This document shows, one piece after another, positions 28,940 to 42,382 of a DNA stretch of 64,000 nt. The position numbers and the translations under genes were made by a program. Origin of the DNA: Octopus sinensis. Lineage: Eukaryota. How positions within the stretch are numbered: the stretch's first letter is position 1; each line of letters opens with the position of its first letter. The notes beneath the pieces were generated by a model. It was given only the letters and a program-made list of their open reading frames with translations. It had not been told where the DNA came from and ran no database searches. The stretch spans positions 56,234,001 through 56,298,000 of the forward strand of contig NC_043003.1 in assembly GCF_006345805.1 (NCBI RefSeq), given 5' to 3'.

Positions 28940-29392
28940 CTCCTTGACTTGTATCAGTCATTTGACTGTGGCCATGCTGGAACACCTCATTTAGTCGAGT
29001 AAATCGACCCCAGGACTTATTCTTTGTAAGCATACTACTTATTCTATCGGTCTCTTTTGCCGAAACGCTAAGTTACGGGGACCTAAACTCAACAGCATCG
29101 CTTGTCAAGTTAGTGGGACAAACACAGACACATAAACATATACACATACATACATATATACGACGGCCTTGTTTTAGTTGCTCTCTACCAAATCCACTCA
29201 GAAGGCTTTGGTCTGCGCGAGGCTATAGTAGAAGACACTTGCCCAAAGTGCCATGCAGTGGGAATGAACCCGGAGTCATGTAGATGTTAAGCAAGCTTCT
29301 TTATTCATTATATTGGCCATAAGGGTCTTACATAGAAGGGAAGCTTCTTAGTAGGTAAACAAGCTTCTTACCACACAGCCACTCCTGTACCT
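28940..29392 (-). mobile_element. tRNA-headed CORE-type SINE with central microsatellite
   Basis: Minus strand gagtggctgtgtggtaag...gggttcattcccactgc...ttgggcaagtgtcttc (CORE-like); sister copy at 33582-34026. Confidence 0.85.
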
Positions 29393-30441
29393 GTGTGGTA
29401 AAATGTTCATGTTAATTTAAAACAATTATCAAAAAAATCTTATTTAGCTGTTATTTTTAGTACACAAATCAACCTCAATGAGCCTCAGTTCTCAATGACA
29501 AAAAGAAACGAGTAAAGAAACATTTAAATATTTAATATGCATTTAATGCAAATGCGATAAACAACACCTTACTTGCGATAAACTCATTGCAATTTTTAAC
29601 AGAAAGATTTGGAAGAATTAAATATAAGTTCTCCCGTAATTTTCTCTCATGTAAATAAAACTTTATCTTAATTTTAAAATTTGACAGCAAAATCTTATAA
29701 AATGCCAATGTTCCAAAAGATGTATACCTTTATATGTTATACATGAAAATAAGAGCGAACAAAATATGCTTAAAAACAAACATTTAATCATTAAAAGACA
29801 AGCGTTTAACGTTGGATTTAGCTTTTATAAATATCTTCCTTTGTTTTCACTATATCCAGAGCGACAAAAGGGATCTCATGATCCGCTACTTACTATTGAA
29901 ACAGGCATGAATGTGTCTGTGGTTTCCGATTGCTTAAAATTACCAAAATTTTCAAACTTTAACTGCTAATAATTCTTTATTGATTTATTGCGAAAATTAC
30001 TTCCACGTCGTTAACTAGCGGATAAAAGTGTATCATTATACTGAATAAGAAATCAATTCGAACAGAACTGATGCAGGCAGTCAAACCGACGAGATCCTAG
30101 AAGGCAGATCAAAATTGTGGTCCTTACATATTTTTCCTTTACTGGGACAAATTTGGCTTACAGCTGTTTCCATTAGACATTATAGGCGTATTAAATTTTA
30201 TAAGTATTTTACAATTGATTAAACCTATCAGTAATCTAAATTCAATGACTACTGGAAACAGATGTAAGCCACGATTGCCCCCATTAAGGAATAATATCTA
30301 ATGACAATTATTTTAAATTTGTCTTTTAAATATTTCCATGTGCAGAAATCAGTTTGTCTGGAATCCATTCACACGGATTTACAATATAGAATTCAGATGA
30401 AACATAACTTTGGATTTTTCAAAAAGAATACAGGTAATTTT

Positions 30442-30446
<5 letters not shown>

Positions 30447-30487
<41 letters not shown>

Positions 30488-30785
30488 CATATATACATAC
30501 ATATATACATACATATATACATATATACATACATATATATACATATATATATACATACATATATACATATATATACATACATATATATACATATATACAT
30601 ACATATATATACATATATATATATATTATATATATATATATATAATATATATACATATATATATACATATATATAATACATATATATACATACATATATA
30701 TATACATATATATACATACATATATACATACAATATATATATACATACATATATATATACATACATATATACATACATATATACA

Positions 30786-30820
<35 letters not shown>

Positions 30821-31128
30821 ATATATATATATACATATATGTATATATATATATATATATATACATATATTATATATATACATATATATATATATACATA
30901 TATATATAATATATACATATATATATATATATAATATATACATACATATATACATATATACATATATACACATATATATATACACATATATATATATATA
31001 CACATATATACACATACATATACACATATATATACACACACATAATATATATATATATAATAATATATATATATATATTATATATACATATATACATACA
31101 TATACATACATATATACATATATATATA
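30447..31128. repeat. Compound (TA)n/(TACA)n microsatellite
   Basis: Directly visible. Confidence 0.97.
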
Positions 31129-31297
31129 CACTGCTGTAAACAACAGAAGTGAGCTTGAACGTTAAAACTTAGTTCCCAGACACAACTGAGTTCATGGTCA
31201 ACCTGTGCCAAGCGGTTTCACTTTATCTGCTTTAGCTTAGTTACTAAGGTAAGAGTCCGGATATTTATTCATTAGGTTACGTATATATATAATGCTG

Positions 31298-31598
31298 AGA
31301 GACCCCGTTCGGTTATGATTGACCATGGGATTGCACCTAGAAAGTTACCCTCTCAGGCACAAGTCCGGGCAAGTTTGTTTATGGAAGACCAGCAGTCGTC
31401 CGTGCATTCCAGCCTCCCCTCTTCACGCCGCCGATGTTATCCAAGGGAAAGGGAAGGCTCGATACAGCTGAGTGAACTGGAGCAACGTGAAATAAAGTGT
31501 CTTGCTCAAGGACACAACACGTAGCTCGGTCCGGGATTCGAACTCACAACCTCACGATCGTTAGCTCGATGCCCTAACCACTGAGCCAGACTCCTTCC
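31298..31598 (-). mobile_element. tRNA-derived CORE-type SINE
   Basis: Minus strand tggctcagtggttagg...gagttcgaatccc A/B boxes, then ccttgagcaagacac. Confidence 0.88.
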
Positions 31599-31600
31599 CG

Positions 31601-31632
<32 letters not shown>

Positions 31633-31659
31633 CATCATCAGCATCATCATCATAATCAG

Positions 31660-31787
31660 TCTACCCGTGATGATTATAGCTAACAAACAGGACTTGCCGG
31701 CGTCGATGAGTCCGGAAAAGATAGAGAAATTTTTAACATTTATGCGGCAACTGAACCACTGGTACACTTGTGTGAAGTTCATATACA
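31660..31787 (+). pseudogene. ARF/ARL small GTPase-like fragment (G4 NKxD region); isolated exon or retro-fragment
   Basis: LPVMIIANKQDLPASMSPEKIEKFL...HWY resembles ARF-family xLVFANKQDLPxAM...WY. No G1/G3 exons found in the window; flanked by a 21-bp direct repeat. Confidence 0.6.
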
Positions 31788-32837
31788 CATCATCAGCATC
31801 ATCATCATTATCATCGTTTTCAATTACAATCAGGCTAACAACGCAATACTGCGAAGAGATAATGTGAATCTTCGACCAAGAATGCACTGATAGATAGCTT
31901 CTGAGATTTCTGGAGCGGATTTATGCGGTAAATATATATAATTAAATGAGATAAGTTAGTGTTAATATATTTAATGTAAGGGACATTAAATACCTAACTA
32001 GAAAGAATTATTCGATGCGGTAAAAACAACATTAATCAATAGCTAATGATCTATTAATTGTTTTATAAGACAACACTGGAAGAGAAAGCTAAGTTTCTAA
32101 TACCTTAACGATGTTACTGTTCTTAACAATACCGAAAGCGGATTAGAGAACTCAGAGTGCTCGTTCTCACCATATCACCAAAGTTCGTTGCCTAACACTG
32201 TGTCTTCCACCTTATATATATATATGAATATCAATAAATAAATAAATATGTATATATATATATAATTCTGCGTTTGCAATACTTTTTTTCGTTCGGCGTC
32301 AACAGCCCTTCTTATCTTATTTTTCCTTGTCCTGTCCTTTACTGTTTACAATTTGTACTGTCGTTACTGTCCGGTTTTTACCATTTTTTACCCTTCTGCT
32401 AAAGGATCTCAGAATTTTAATTGATTTGCTTTTCGCAGGAAGGAAAATTTTCTTGTCGAAGCTACGTTTCGCTTTTATCCTTCGAAACGTAGAGTAGATG
32501 AAATCTTTAGCGACTGAAGAAGGGGTTTTTTTTGTGTTAATTGTCCTGTACTCTATTTTTTTTTGCTGTTTTTTAATAAATGTCCAGTTCCCTTCGTTTG
32601 TGTCTATGTTTCCGTTTCTCATTGTGTTGGACGTCTTTTGGTGTCCTGTACTCATATATGCGTGTATATGTACGTGTAGAGGTAGGTACGTACATATATG
32701 TTTTATATATGCATATGTTTTATTTTATTTATTAATATATATATATTAGAATATATATATATATTCTTTTATATATTATATATATATATATATATTATAT
32801 ATATATAAGCGAGAAAGAAGCAACAAGAATGGATAGG

Positions 32838-32928
32838 TTTTAGTACGATCGTTTCATACAAGGACAGGTTTTATTAAAAGTTGCAAAGATTACAGCATAT
32901 AAACGAGTCCCGTACTCATCAGCTAAAA
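32838..32928 (-). ncRNA. Type I hammerhead ribozyme (mirror copy in left arm)
   Basis: Reverse complement of 33297-33387. Confidence 0.85.
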
Positions 32929-33296
32929 TACATGTAAGTTCTCTAGACATCCTAGTGTTTGAGGCTATACTCATGAAGTAATGTAGATAATTAAACAGAT
33001 TTCTAAAGTTCATTAAAGTTCTTTAAAGATGATGTACAGTCTTATCACAGAATTTTAAAAAAGTTTTGATAGCATCACAGAGAAGGTGACCTAATCCATA
33101 TGAATTTCCATATCTATGGAAATTCATATGGATTAGGTCACCTTCTCTGTGATGCTATCAAAACTTTTTTAAAATTCTGTGATAAGACTGTACATCATCT
33201 TTAAGAACTTTAATGAACTTTAGAAATCTGTTTAATTATCTACATTACTTCATGAGTATAGCCTCAACACTAGGATGTCTAGAGAACTTACATGTA

Positions 33297-33387
33297 TTTT
33301 AGCTGATGAGTACGGGACTCGTTTATATGCTGTAATCTTTGCAACTTTTAATAAAACCTGTCCTTGTATGAAACGATCGTACTAAAA
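33297..33387 (+). ncRNA. Type I hammerhead ribozyme
   Basis: Stem I ttttag/ctaaaa; CUGAUGA 33303-33309; stem II gtacgggac/gtccttgtat with long loop; GAAA 33370-33373; palindromic helix III cgatcg; GUA cleavage triplet ending at 33381. Confidence 0.88.
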
Positions 33388-33581
33388 ACCTATCCATTCT
33401 TGTTGCTTCTTTCTCGCTTATAATCACCCAACACATTACTGTATTGTTAAATCAGTATAGTTTTTTTTTGTGCATCTAAGTTAGTACCATATTCAAGTAA
33501 TTTTTTAAAATTAACTTGAATCTTTATTGCTCTTTGGTATATATATATATATATATATTCTTTCATATATATATATTCTTT

Positions 33582-33827
33582 TATTTGTTTCAGTTATTTG
33601 ACTGCAGCCATGCTAGAGCAAGGCCTTTAGCCAAATAAATCGAACCCGGGATTTATCCTTTGTAAGCCTAGTACTATATTTTATCGGTGTCTCTTTGCCG
33701 AACCACTACGTTTCGGGGACGGAGACACGCCAACATCGGTTGTCAATCGATGGTTGTGAGTGGGACAAAGGCAGACACACAAAAGTGTACACACACACAC
33801 ACGTGCGCGCGCGCACACACACACACA

Positions 33828-33860
<33 letters not shown>

Positions 33861-34026
33861 ATATATACACGACGGGTTTCTTTCGGTTTCCGTCTACCAA
33901 ATATACTGAAAAGATTTTGGTCGGCCGGCGCTATAGTATAACTGACTCGCCAAAGGTGCCTCGCAGTGGGAGTGAACCCGGTACCATGTGGTTGGTAAGC
34001 AAGCTACTTACCACCACAGCCACTCG
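33582..34026 (-). mobile_element. tRNA-headed CORE-type SINE
   Basis: Colinear with 28940-29392; central CA/CG repeat. Confidence 0.85.
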
Positions 34027-34189
34027 TTGAAGTAATGTTTATTTGGTTCTTGTATCATATGTATATATCTATCTAGCTATTTATTTATCTGTATTAGTGT
34101 GTGTGTGTGTACATAGACGTAAGACACCTACTTCTGAGTACTAATACGTCCGGTATCCACACACACACACACAGGTTTGAGAATGCAAA

Positions 34190-34350
34190 GCCCTGTCGCA
34201 GCAAGCTCCTCGTTGCTTCTAAAAATGAAAGGTCAAGGCCACCTTGGCGAACATGAACATAAAACGTCAAGGAAGAGGAAATGCTATTGAGCATTTTGTT
34301 GGGCGTGGTAATGATTCTGACATCTCGCCACAGTCTACAAAATTAATACT
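34190..34350 (-). pseudogene. Possible ancient non-LTR RT thumb fragment
   Basis: TFYVHVRQGGLDL resembles the F/LY.P...GGLGL motif of R2-group RTs. Confidence 0.3.
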
Positions 34351-34499
34351 AGCGTTTATACACATCATTATCACCCCCCCACCATCACCACTACCACTAC
34401 AACCACCGCTACTGCCATCATCATCAGCAGTAGTGTCGTCCACATCATGGTTATCGTCATCGTCGTCGTTGTCAACGCTGTAAACATCATTATAGTCTT

Positions 34500-34706
34500 C
34501 ATTGTCGAGTCTGTAGTGGTCGCCATCATAGATGCCTCCATCGTTTCGTCATCATGATCGTCGGCGTCGTCGTTGTCATTGACGGTGTCGATGTCGTTGC
34601 CATCATCGGTGTCGTCATCATCGACGTCGTCATTGTTGTCGTGATGGTGTTCGCGATCGTCTTTGTGATCGTCGTCGTCATCATCATCCTCATCATCATC
34701 GTCATT

Positions 34707-34754
<48 letters not shown>

Positions 34755-35080
34755 GTCATTATCATCATCATCACCATCATTATCATCATCATCGTCATTA
34801 TCATCATCATCAACATCACCATCATCATCAACATCACCATCATAATTATTATCATCATTATCTTCCTCGTCCTGCTCACCATCATCATCGTATTCGTCAT
34901 CATCTCCATTGTCATCATCATCATCATTGTCGTCGTCGTCATTATCATCGTCATCATCACCGTCGTCATCACCAACATCATCATCACCGCTATCATCGTC
35001 ATCATCATCGTCATCTTCATCATCGTTATCATTATCGGCATCGTCATCATCACCACCATCGGCATCATCACCATCGTCTT
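34500..35080. repeat. Cryptic (CAT/CGT)n trinucleotide tract
   Basis: Directly visible; gives poly-I/V, poly-S and poly-M ORFs. Confidence 0.93.
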
Positions 35081-36404
35081 CTACTCATTGCGTTCGTGAT
35101 TCTTTTATTTTGAGAGTTGTTTGTTATTATTTTTCCGTGTCAGTATTTATCATTATATTCGCATTCTTTTCTGGTTCTCTTCTTATTCATTCTTTCCCTG
35201 ATTGTCGTTCTTCTTCTTCTTTTTCTTAATCTTCTTCAATGTTATTATAATCTGTACACTATCCAGTCACTCAATGACGAAAACCACCAGCACCACAAAA
35301 CTACCCACCCACAATCACCTCCACAGCCGAAATCACCACGACTCTGTCCATAACCACCCGATAAAAAAAAAAAGAAACACCACTACCACCGCTACAATCA
35401 CCGTTTCCATCACCAAAACCGTCGTCATCATCAGCATCATCATCATCATGATTATCGTCATCATCGACATCATCATCATTATATTTCACTAAAATGCCTA
35501 AAAGTGTGTATTTAAATCGTAATAATTCAGTAAGAGATATCGTCTCCAATATCAAAGGCGGGAAAATGCTGATGTCAGACGATAAACAAATAATACTGTT
35601 TTTTTTAAATTATTTTTCATACTTTTTTTTTGTTTTTCCCGCCATTGTAACGACTGCAACATGTCTGCTGTGTATTTTCATTCGGTTTACTTCGCTTCTT
35701 TGTTTTTCCTTTCTTTTACACGTCCATAATGAAGAATTGCCATTCAATGAATTAGACAGTAAATCAAGAAATGTGTTTGTTTTATGGGTGATGGTCCAAT
35801 GTTGAATCACTCATTCACCGTCTGTATCTTTTCTCTCTCACTCTCCCTCTGTCTCTGTCTGTCTGACTCACTGTCACTCTCTCTCCCTCTCTCTCTCTCT
35901 CTCTTCGTAAAGTACTAATCACATAAAAGATACAAATATATGTGAATACATTCATATACATAAACACATATGCAAATACAGATACACGCTTACATAAACA
36001 CTAATATATACACATGCATGGCTATAACTATAAATATAGATATACACACACGGAGATACGCTCAGAGAAACGCACATATATGGCGACCTCTTCTGCTGAC
36101 AATGTACGTGCCTATTTATATATCTATCATTTAGTAAGACTATCAATCATATGGTGTATATAAGTATGTATATATGTGTCTATATATGTGTCGGAGTAGT
36201 ATGTCTCTCTCTCTATATATTATCAACGTTGTTGATTTTTTTGTGTGTGTATGTGTTAGTATGATGTTTTATTTTCTTGTTTTATTAATACATTACCATC
36301 CTGAAGTAATCAGCAAAAATACATGGTAATATGATGTACCAGAGCTAGGATCCATCTATGCATAATTACATACATACATACATACATCATACATACATAC
36401 AACA

Positions 36405-36440
<36 letters not shown>

Positions 36441-37428
36441 TACATTGTATACACAAAGAAACACATACTAATCTTCCAGCAAATAGGAACTTTTTTTTCC
36501 ACAACAAACTTTCAAAAGTAAAATAGAAAATATGTTTCGTGAAAACACACCGAAAATTTTTGAATAAAGATTGATCACCTTCAAACAAGAGTTAAAAGCT
36601 GTCAGTGACAAACTCCATCGTCAGAAAATAGTAGCTGCAAAAAAATTGTGTAAAGAGAATGAATGGTAATAAAGAAAAAGTAAGAAAGAATTACTAAGAA
36701 ATTCAATTAGCAATCTACAGAACTATGAGTGGACAGCCAATAGAAAAAAGAAAAAAACCCTGGCGGCACTTTCCCGGGGGGAAACAGATTCAATCTAGAG
36801 AGGAAACAGAGTGTATTTTGGTTAAAAGAAGCAAAATATTTTTCTTTGTACAACACTAAAAATAATAAAGTACGAATGCAGATATCCTTCATGCAGTACC
36901 AGAAGAAAATATCTGCATATAAAAAATATCGGGAAGAAACTTCATTGGAGGTAACCAGCGGAGAAATAAGATTTGAAAATCAAACTAAAATAAGTAACAT
37001 ATAATTAATCAGTGATATCTCATCAAGTTCTGCTACAAAAACTCTTATTGTGAGCGTATGTGTGTGTGTGCATATTTATGTGTTTGTGTGCGTGTGTATG
37101 TTTGTTTGTGCGTATGTATGAGCGTATGTGTGCGGTTGGGAGTATGTGGGTGTGTAGGCGTGTGTAACACTGGACAAAATGTTGCACGCAAGATCGCAAG
37201 ATTGTGGTTTCGATACCTGGACAAGTCGACTCGTTCTCTTCTTGAGCCAAACACTTTATTTCACGTTGCTCCAGCCGACACCGCTAGCGAAAACAAGTAA
37301 TCTAGCAACGGGCTGTAGTCCCGTCCAGCGGAAAACGCATATTCCGCAAAAAGCCGAAAACCTGGCCTAATGATTCTATATTCTTTAGGTATGTGTATGA
37401 ATACAGATGTATCTTTGAATATATGTAA

Positions 37429-37510
<82 letters not shown>

Positions 37511-37619
37511 TCTATCGGATCATTTTGCTGAACCACTTATTTCGGAGACATAAATACACCAACATCGGTTGTGAAACACAGACACAAACACACACAGACA
37601 CGCGCGCACGCACATATAC

Positions 37620-38173
37620 AGATGTAATATGTATATATTATCTGTAATATATATATATCTGTATATCTATCTATCTATCTATATATATATATATATATAT
37701 CTGTATTATCTATATATATATACATATGTGTATATCTATATATATATATATATAATATATATATATATATGATTATATATATATATCTGTATATCTATCT
37801 ATATATAAATATCTGTATATCTACCTATATATATATATCTGTATATCTTATATATATATATATTATATCTGTATATCTACCTATATATATATATCTGTAT
37901 ATCTACCTATATATATATATATATCTGTATATCTACCTATATATATATATATATCTGTATATCTACCTATATATATATATCTGTATATCTACCTGTATAT
38001 ATATATATCTGTATATCTACCTATATATATATATCTGTATATCTACCTATATATATATATATCTGTATATCTACTATATATATATCTGTATATCTATATC
38101 TATATCTATATCTATCTATATCTATATAAGTCTATATATATATATCTATATATATATATCTATATCTATATAA

Positions 38174-38215
<42 letters not shown>

Positions 38216-38424
38216 ATATCTATATAAGTCTATATATATATATTATATATATATCTATATCTATATAAGTCTATATATATATCTATATATATATATCTAT
38301 ATCTATATAAGTCTATATATATATATCTATATATATATATCTATATCTATATATCTATATCTATATATATATATCTATATATATATATCTATATATATAT
38401 ATCTATATCTATATCTATATATAT
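37620..38424. repeat. (TA)n-based minisatellite with tatatctgtatatctacc and tatctatataagtc subunits
   Basis: Directly visible recurring subunits within TA. Confidence 0.9.
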
Positions 38425-38426
38425 AT

Positions 38427-39322
38427 GGACAACAACATGCAGTTTAATGCAGGTAAGTTCCAGGCCCTGCGCTACTGGCACACAAAGGTAAATGACGTGA
38501 AGACTGGATACACTGGCCCAGGAAGAATTGCAATCCCTGAGTCAAAATCAGTGCGTGACCTGGGCATTGACATGAGCAATGATGCATCTTTCCAAATGCA
38601 TATTGCTAATCTGGTGATAAAATGCAGACGGCTAGCTGGATGGATTCTCCGAACTTTCAGAACAAGAGAGAAGGAGACACTGATGGTCCTATGGAAAACA
38701 TTTGTCCTCAGCCGCTTGGACTACTGCTCCCAACTTTGGTCACCACACAATATAAAAAACAGCAGAACTCGAAGCAACTCAGAGAAGCTACACAAAGAAA
38801 ATCGTCTCAATGCAAAATGTCAGCTACTGGGAAAGACTGAAGGTATTAAACCTCTTCTCCCTGGAGAGGAGGCGGGAGAGATATGCAGTAATATACATCT
38901 GGAAAATCCTGGAGGGTCTTATCCCAAACTTTGGCATTCAAAGTTACTCCAACCGCAGAACGGGGCGCCGCTGCGTGGTGCCAAGGATTCCAACATCACC
39001 ATCAAAATACAGGTCCAGATACTGCAACAGCTTGGGTTTCAGAGGACCACAGCTTTTCAACATCCTCCCTAAATGCCTGAGAGACTTACATGGTGTGGAT
39101 GTGGGTTCTTTAAAACTAAACTGGATCTCTTCTTGTTGGGAGTCCCAGATGAACCTACCTCACGACAGGAGACACGGATGCGGGCAGCAGCATCGAACTC
39201 CCTTGTTGATCAAGTGCCACGTATCAGAGGTGGATTCACAAACTAGTGTGGCTCATTCAGCGGTGGTGCCCCAGCATGGCCGCGGCCTTCGGGCTAAAAC
39301 CTTTTTAAGGATTTAAGGATTT
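38427..39322 (+). mobile_element. 5'-truncated CR1-clade LINE (RT C-terminal region) inserted in (TA)n
   Basis: VRDLGIDMS...LAGWILRTF...LDYCSQLWSP...YWERLKVLNLFSLERRRERY; two frameshifts (~38750, ~39110); short tandem tail taaggatt x2; TA on both sides. Confidence 0.92.
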
Positions 39323-39376
39323 ATATATATATATTATATATATATATATCTATATCTATATCTATATGTATATATA

Positions 39377-39415
<39 letters not shown>

Positions 39416-39474
39416 ATAATATATATATATTGTATATATATAATATGTATATATATATATATAATATATGTATA

Positions 39475-39517
<43 letters not shown>

Positions 39518-39663
39518 ATATATATATAATATTATATATGTAATATATAATATATGTGTATATTATTATATATAGTATTATATATTATATATATTGTATA
39601 TATATATATGATGTGTATATATATATATATATTATATAATATATATATAATATATATATATAT

Positions 39664-41499
39664 ACTAGCAGTATCGCCCGGCGTTACTCGGGTTTGTAAG
39701 GGAAATAACTATATAAGCATTTTTAGTGAGTTATAGCAAAAAAATAGCAAAAAATGCATTAAAAATGGAATAAAAAATGATGGTAATTTTTTTTTTAAAT
39801 CGTTGACTCATCGTAGACATTTTTAGAGAGATACTTCCCTTATATAGTAGCGAAAAAATGCATTAAAATGGAAAATATGATGGTAATTTTTTTTAAAACT
39901 CGTAGACTCATCGTAGACGCACGCTAATACTCAGAAGGGCTCGATATGAATCACGACTATAAGATACCCGATTTTGGTTAAACTGCACCGCAAAATGTGG
40001 AAGTAGTTAGGAATCTAAATCGTAGGAGACAGACACACAACTTCACTTTTATATATAAAGATTTGTGCAACAACTAAAACATTCGGTTGTGCAAACTGTT
40101 TGCACAGGAAACTTGCCCTGTGTGGCGGTTTTTGCCGTTTTTGTGGATCTGTTTCAGCTTTTTTTTATGATTTCTGTTTTGGCGACTTCAAGCCATGAAG
40201 TCGTTCTAAAAGAACGCTGGTCTCCTTGACAACGCTTTACGACGTTGATTTCCCTACCCTGCCTTCCCCACAGCTTCACGAGGGAGGGAAGAAGGGGAGG
40301 AGCTACACAGGTGCAGGTGCGATGCGAGCATGAACGCCAACGCCGCCACCGACACACGAAAAAATTGGAAGAACCCAGACGACAGCTTCAGCCACCACCA
40401 CCGCCACCACCACTACCACCATGACCACCACCACTACGCCTGTGACCATCACCACCACCATCACGAAGACCACCACCACCGCCACCACCACCACCACCAC
40501 CATCATCACCACCACCACCACCACCATCATCACCCCCCACCACCACGACCAACAACAACAACAACAACAACCCTACCACCACCACCACCACAAACACGAC
40601 CAACCACCACAAACACGACGACCACCATCGCCACCACCATCACGAAGACCACCACGACCACCACGACCACCACCATCATCACCACCACCACCACCACCAT
40701 CATCAACCCCCACCACCACCACCACGACCACCACCACCACCAACAACAACAACACCACCACCCACCACCACCACCACCACCACCACCACCACAAACACGA
40801 CGACCACCCCGACCACGACCACCATCACCACTACCAGCACCACCGCCACCACTGCTGCCACTACCACCGCCTCCACCACCACCATAATATGCCTCTGCTC
40901 TCTCCTTTTGGCTACTAAATCCATTACCATATTTCACAAGTACCATCGCCATAAAATATTGCCTTCAAAAGTTTGTGTTTGGATAATATTTTTTAAGTAA
41001 AAGTTGTGCAAGAACTAAAACATTCGGTTGTGCAAATTCTTTGCACGGGAAACCTTCCCTGTGTGGCATGTTTCCTGATTTTGTAGAATTTGCTTTCGGG
41101 CTTTTTTAGCCATTTCTGTTTTGGTGTCTTCAAGCCATGAAGTCGTTGTTCTAAAAGAACGCTGGTCTCCTTGACAACGCTTTACGACGTTGATTTCCTT
41201 ACACTCCCTTCCCCACAGCTTCACGAGGGAGGGAACAAGGGGGAGAAGCAACACAGGTGCAGGTGTGAGCATGGACGCCAACTCCGCCGCCATCGACACA
41301 CGAAAAAATTGGAAGAAATGGAAAAAATGATGTTAAATTATTTTTAAAACCGTAGACTCATCGTAGACGCGCGCTAATACCCAGACGGGCTCGATATGAA
41401 TCACGACTATAACATACCCGAATTTGGTTAAACTGCACCGCAAAATGTGGGAGTAGTTAGGAATCTAAATCGTAGGAGACAGACACTCACACAACTTCA

Positions 41500-41510
<11 letters not shown>
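39664..41510 (+). mobile_element. Composite non-autonomous Helitron-type (Helentron/DINE-1-like) element
   Basis: 5' actagc plus hairpin cccggcgttactcggg; 3' module ...gacagacacacaacttcacttttatatata occurs twice (to ~40062 and ~41510); internal ~300-bp module also twice. Confidence 0.6.
40385..40885. repeat. (CAC/CAA/CGA)n trinucleotide tract
   Basis: Directly visible; gives poly-H/T/P ORFs. Confidence 0.95.
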
Positions 41511-41543
<33 letters not shown>

Positions 41544-42329
41544 CAACAATTGAGGGTAAAATTAATTAATTAATCAATTTCACCAAGTATTCAGTATGCA
41601 AAGGGACCATTTAAGGCGAATTCAAATTATTACATTATATAAAAGGGCTTAGTAAAATAAATTACTTTGCCGCATACTGAACTCATTAGAAATAGCAGCT
41701 AAAAATCTTTTTTAAAACTATTTCCAATACTTAAAGAAAACCTCTCTCATATATTGTTTGCTCAATTCAACTCACGAAAGTATCGGGGTAGAGACATTTT
41801 GACTAATCTTGAAACGTACGTTCTCAAATAACCTTTGCATTTGATTTTTTAATGTCTCTACCCCCATACTTTCGTGAGTTGAATTGAGCAAACAATATAT
41901 GAGAGAGGTTTTCTTTAAGTATTGGAAATAGTTTTAAAAAGATTTTTAGCTGCTATTTCTAATGAGTTCAGTATGCGGCAAAGTAATTATTTTACTAAGC
42001 CCTTTTATATAATGTAATAATTTGAATTCGCCTTAAATGGTCCCTTTGCATACTGAATACTTGGTGAAATTGATTAATTAATTAATTTTACCCTCAATTG
42101 TTAAAATTATAATTCATCTCTCTCTATTTAAATGCCTCGGATTTTAGCGAAAAAAGCATAGTGTTTGCTGATTTTAACCCACGCTGGTGGAAAGGGGAGA
42201 GCAGAAATCCTTCGCTTGCATATTTGAGTTTGTTGGCACTGTTAGTTTCGAGCAGATCTTCAGAAGCGATAACAAGCCGAAAGGGTATGCTCCCACTTTC
42301 AGTGTTTTCAAATCCAAACCAGGGAGTTC

Positions 42330-42382
42330 TGAGCTGATGATAGAAGTGTCGATTTTGACTAATCTTGAAACGTACGTTCTCA
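42330..42382 (+). ncRNA. Type I hammerhead ribozyme (tandem unit)
   Basis: tgag/ctca stem I; CUGAUGA 42334-42340; imperfect stem II (U-U at base, aga/tct, gtc/gac); GAAA; palindromic cgtacg; GUU triplet ending at 42378. Confidence 0.72.

Larger units (their letters stand above)
32804..33422. repeat. ~620-bp near-perfect palindrome, 2-nt centre at 33113-33114
   Basis: Arms are reverse complements; only three 1-nt homopolymer indels seen. Confidence 0.97.

Noticed and set aside
31680-31730. Minus-strand GLIDAGKS resembling a P-loop
   Set aside because: It is the antisense of ANKQDLPA; the plus-strand ARF match is longer and more specific.
33790-33860. Duplicated (CA)n-gtgcgcgcgcgc tract, potential Z-DNA
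   Set aside because: Ordinary slippage within the SINE's central microsatellite.
40330-40952. His/Thr/Pro/Gly-rich ORFs resembling structural proteins (also 34526-35229, 15873-16478)
   Set aside because: Trinucleotide tracts open in several frames on both strands.
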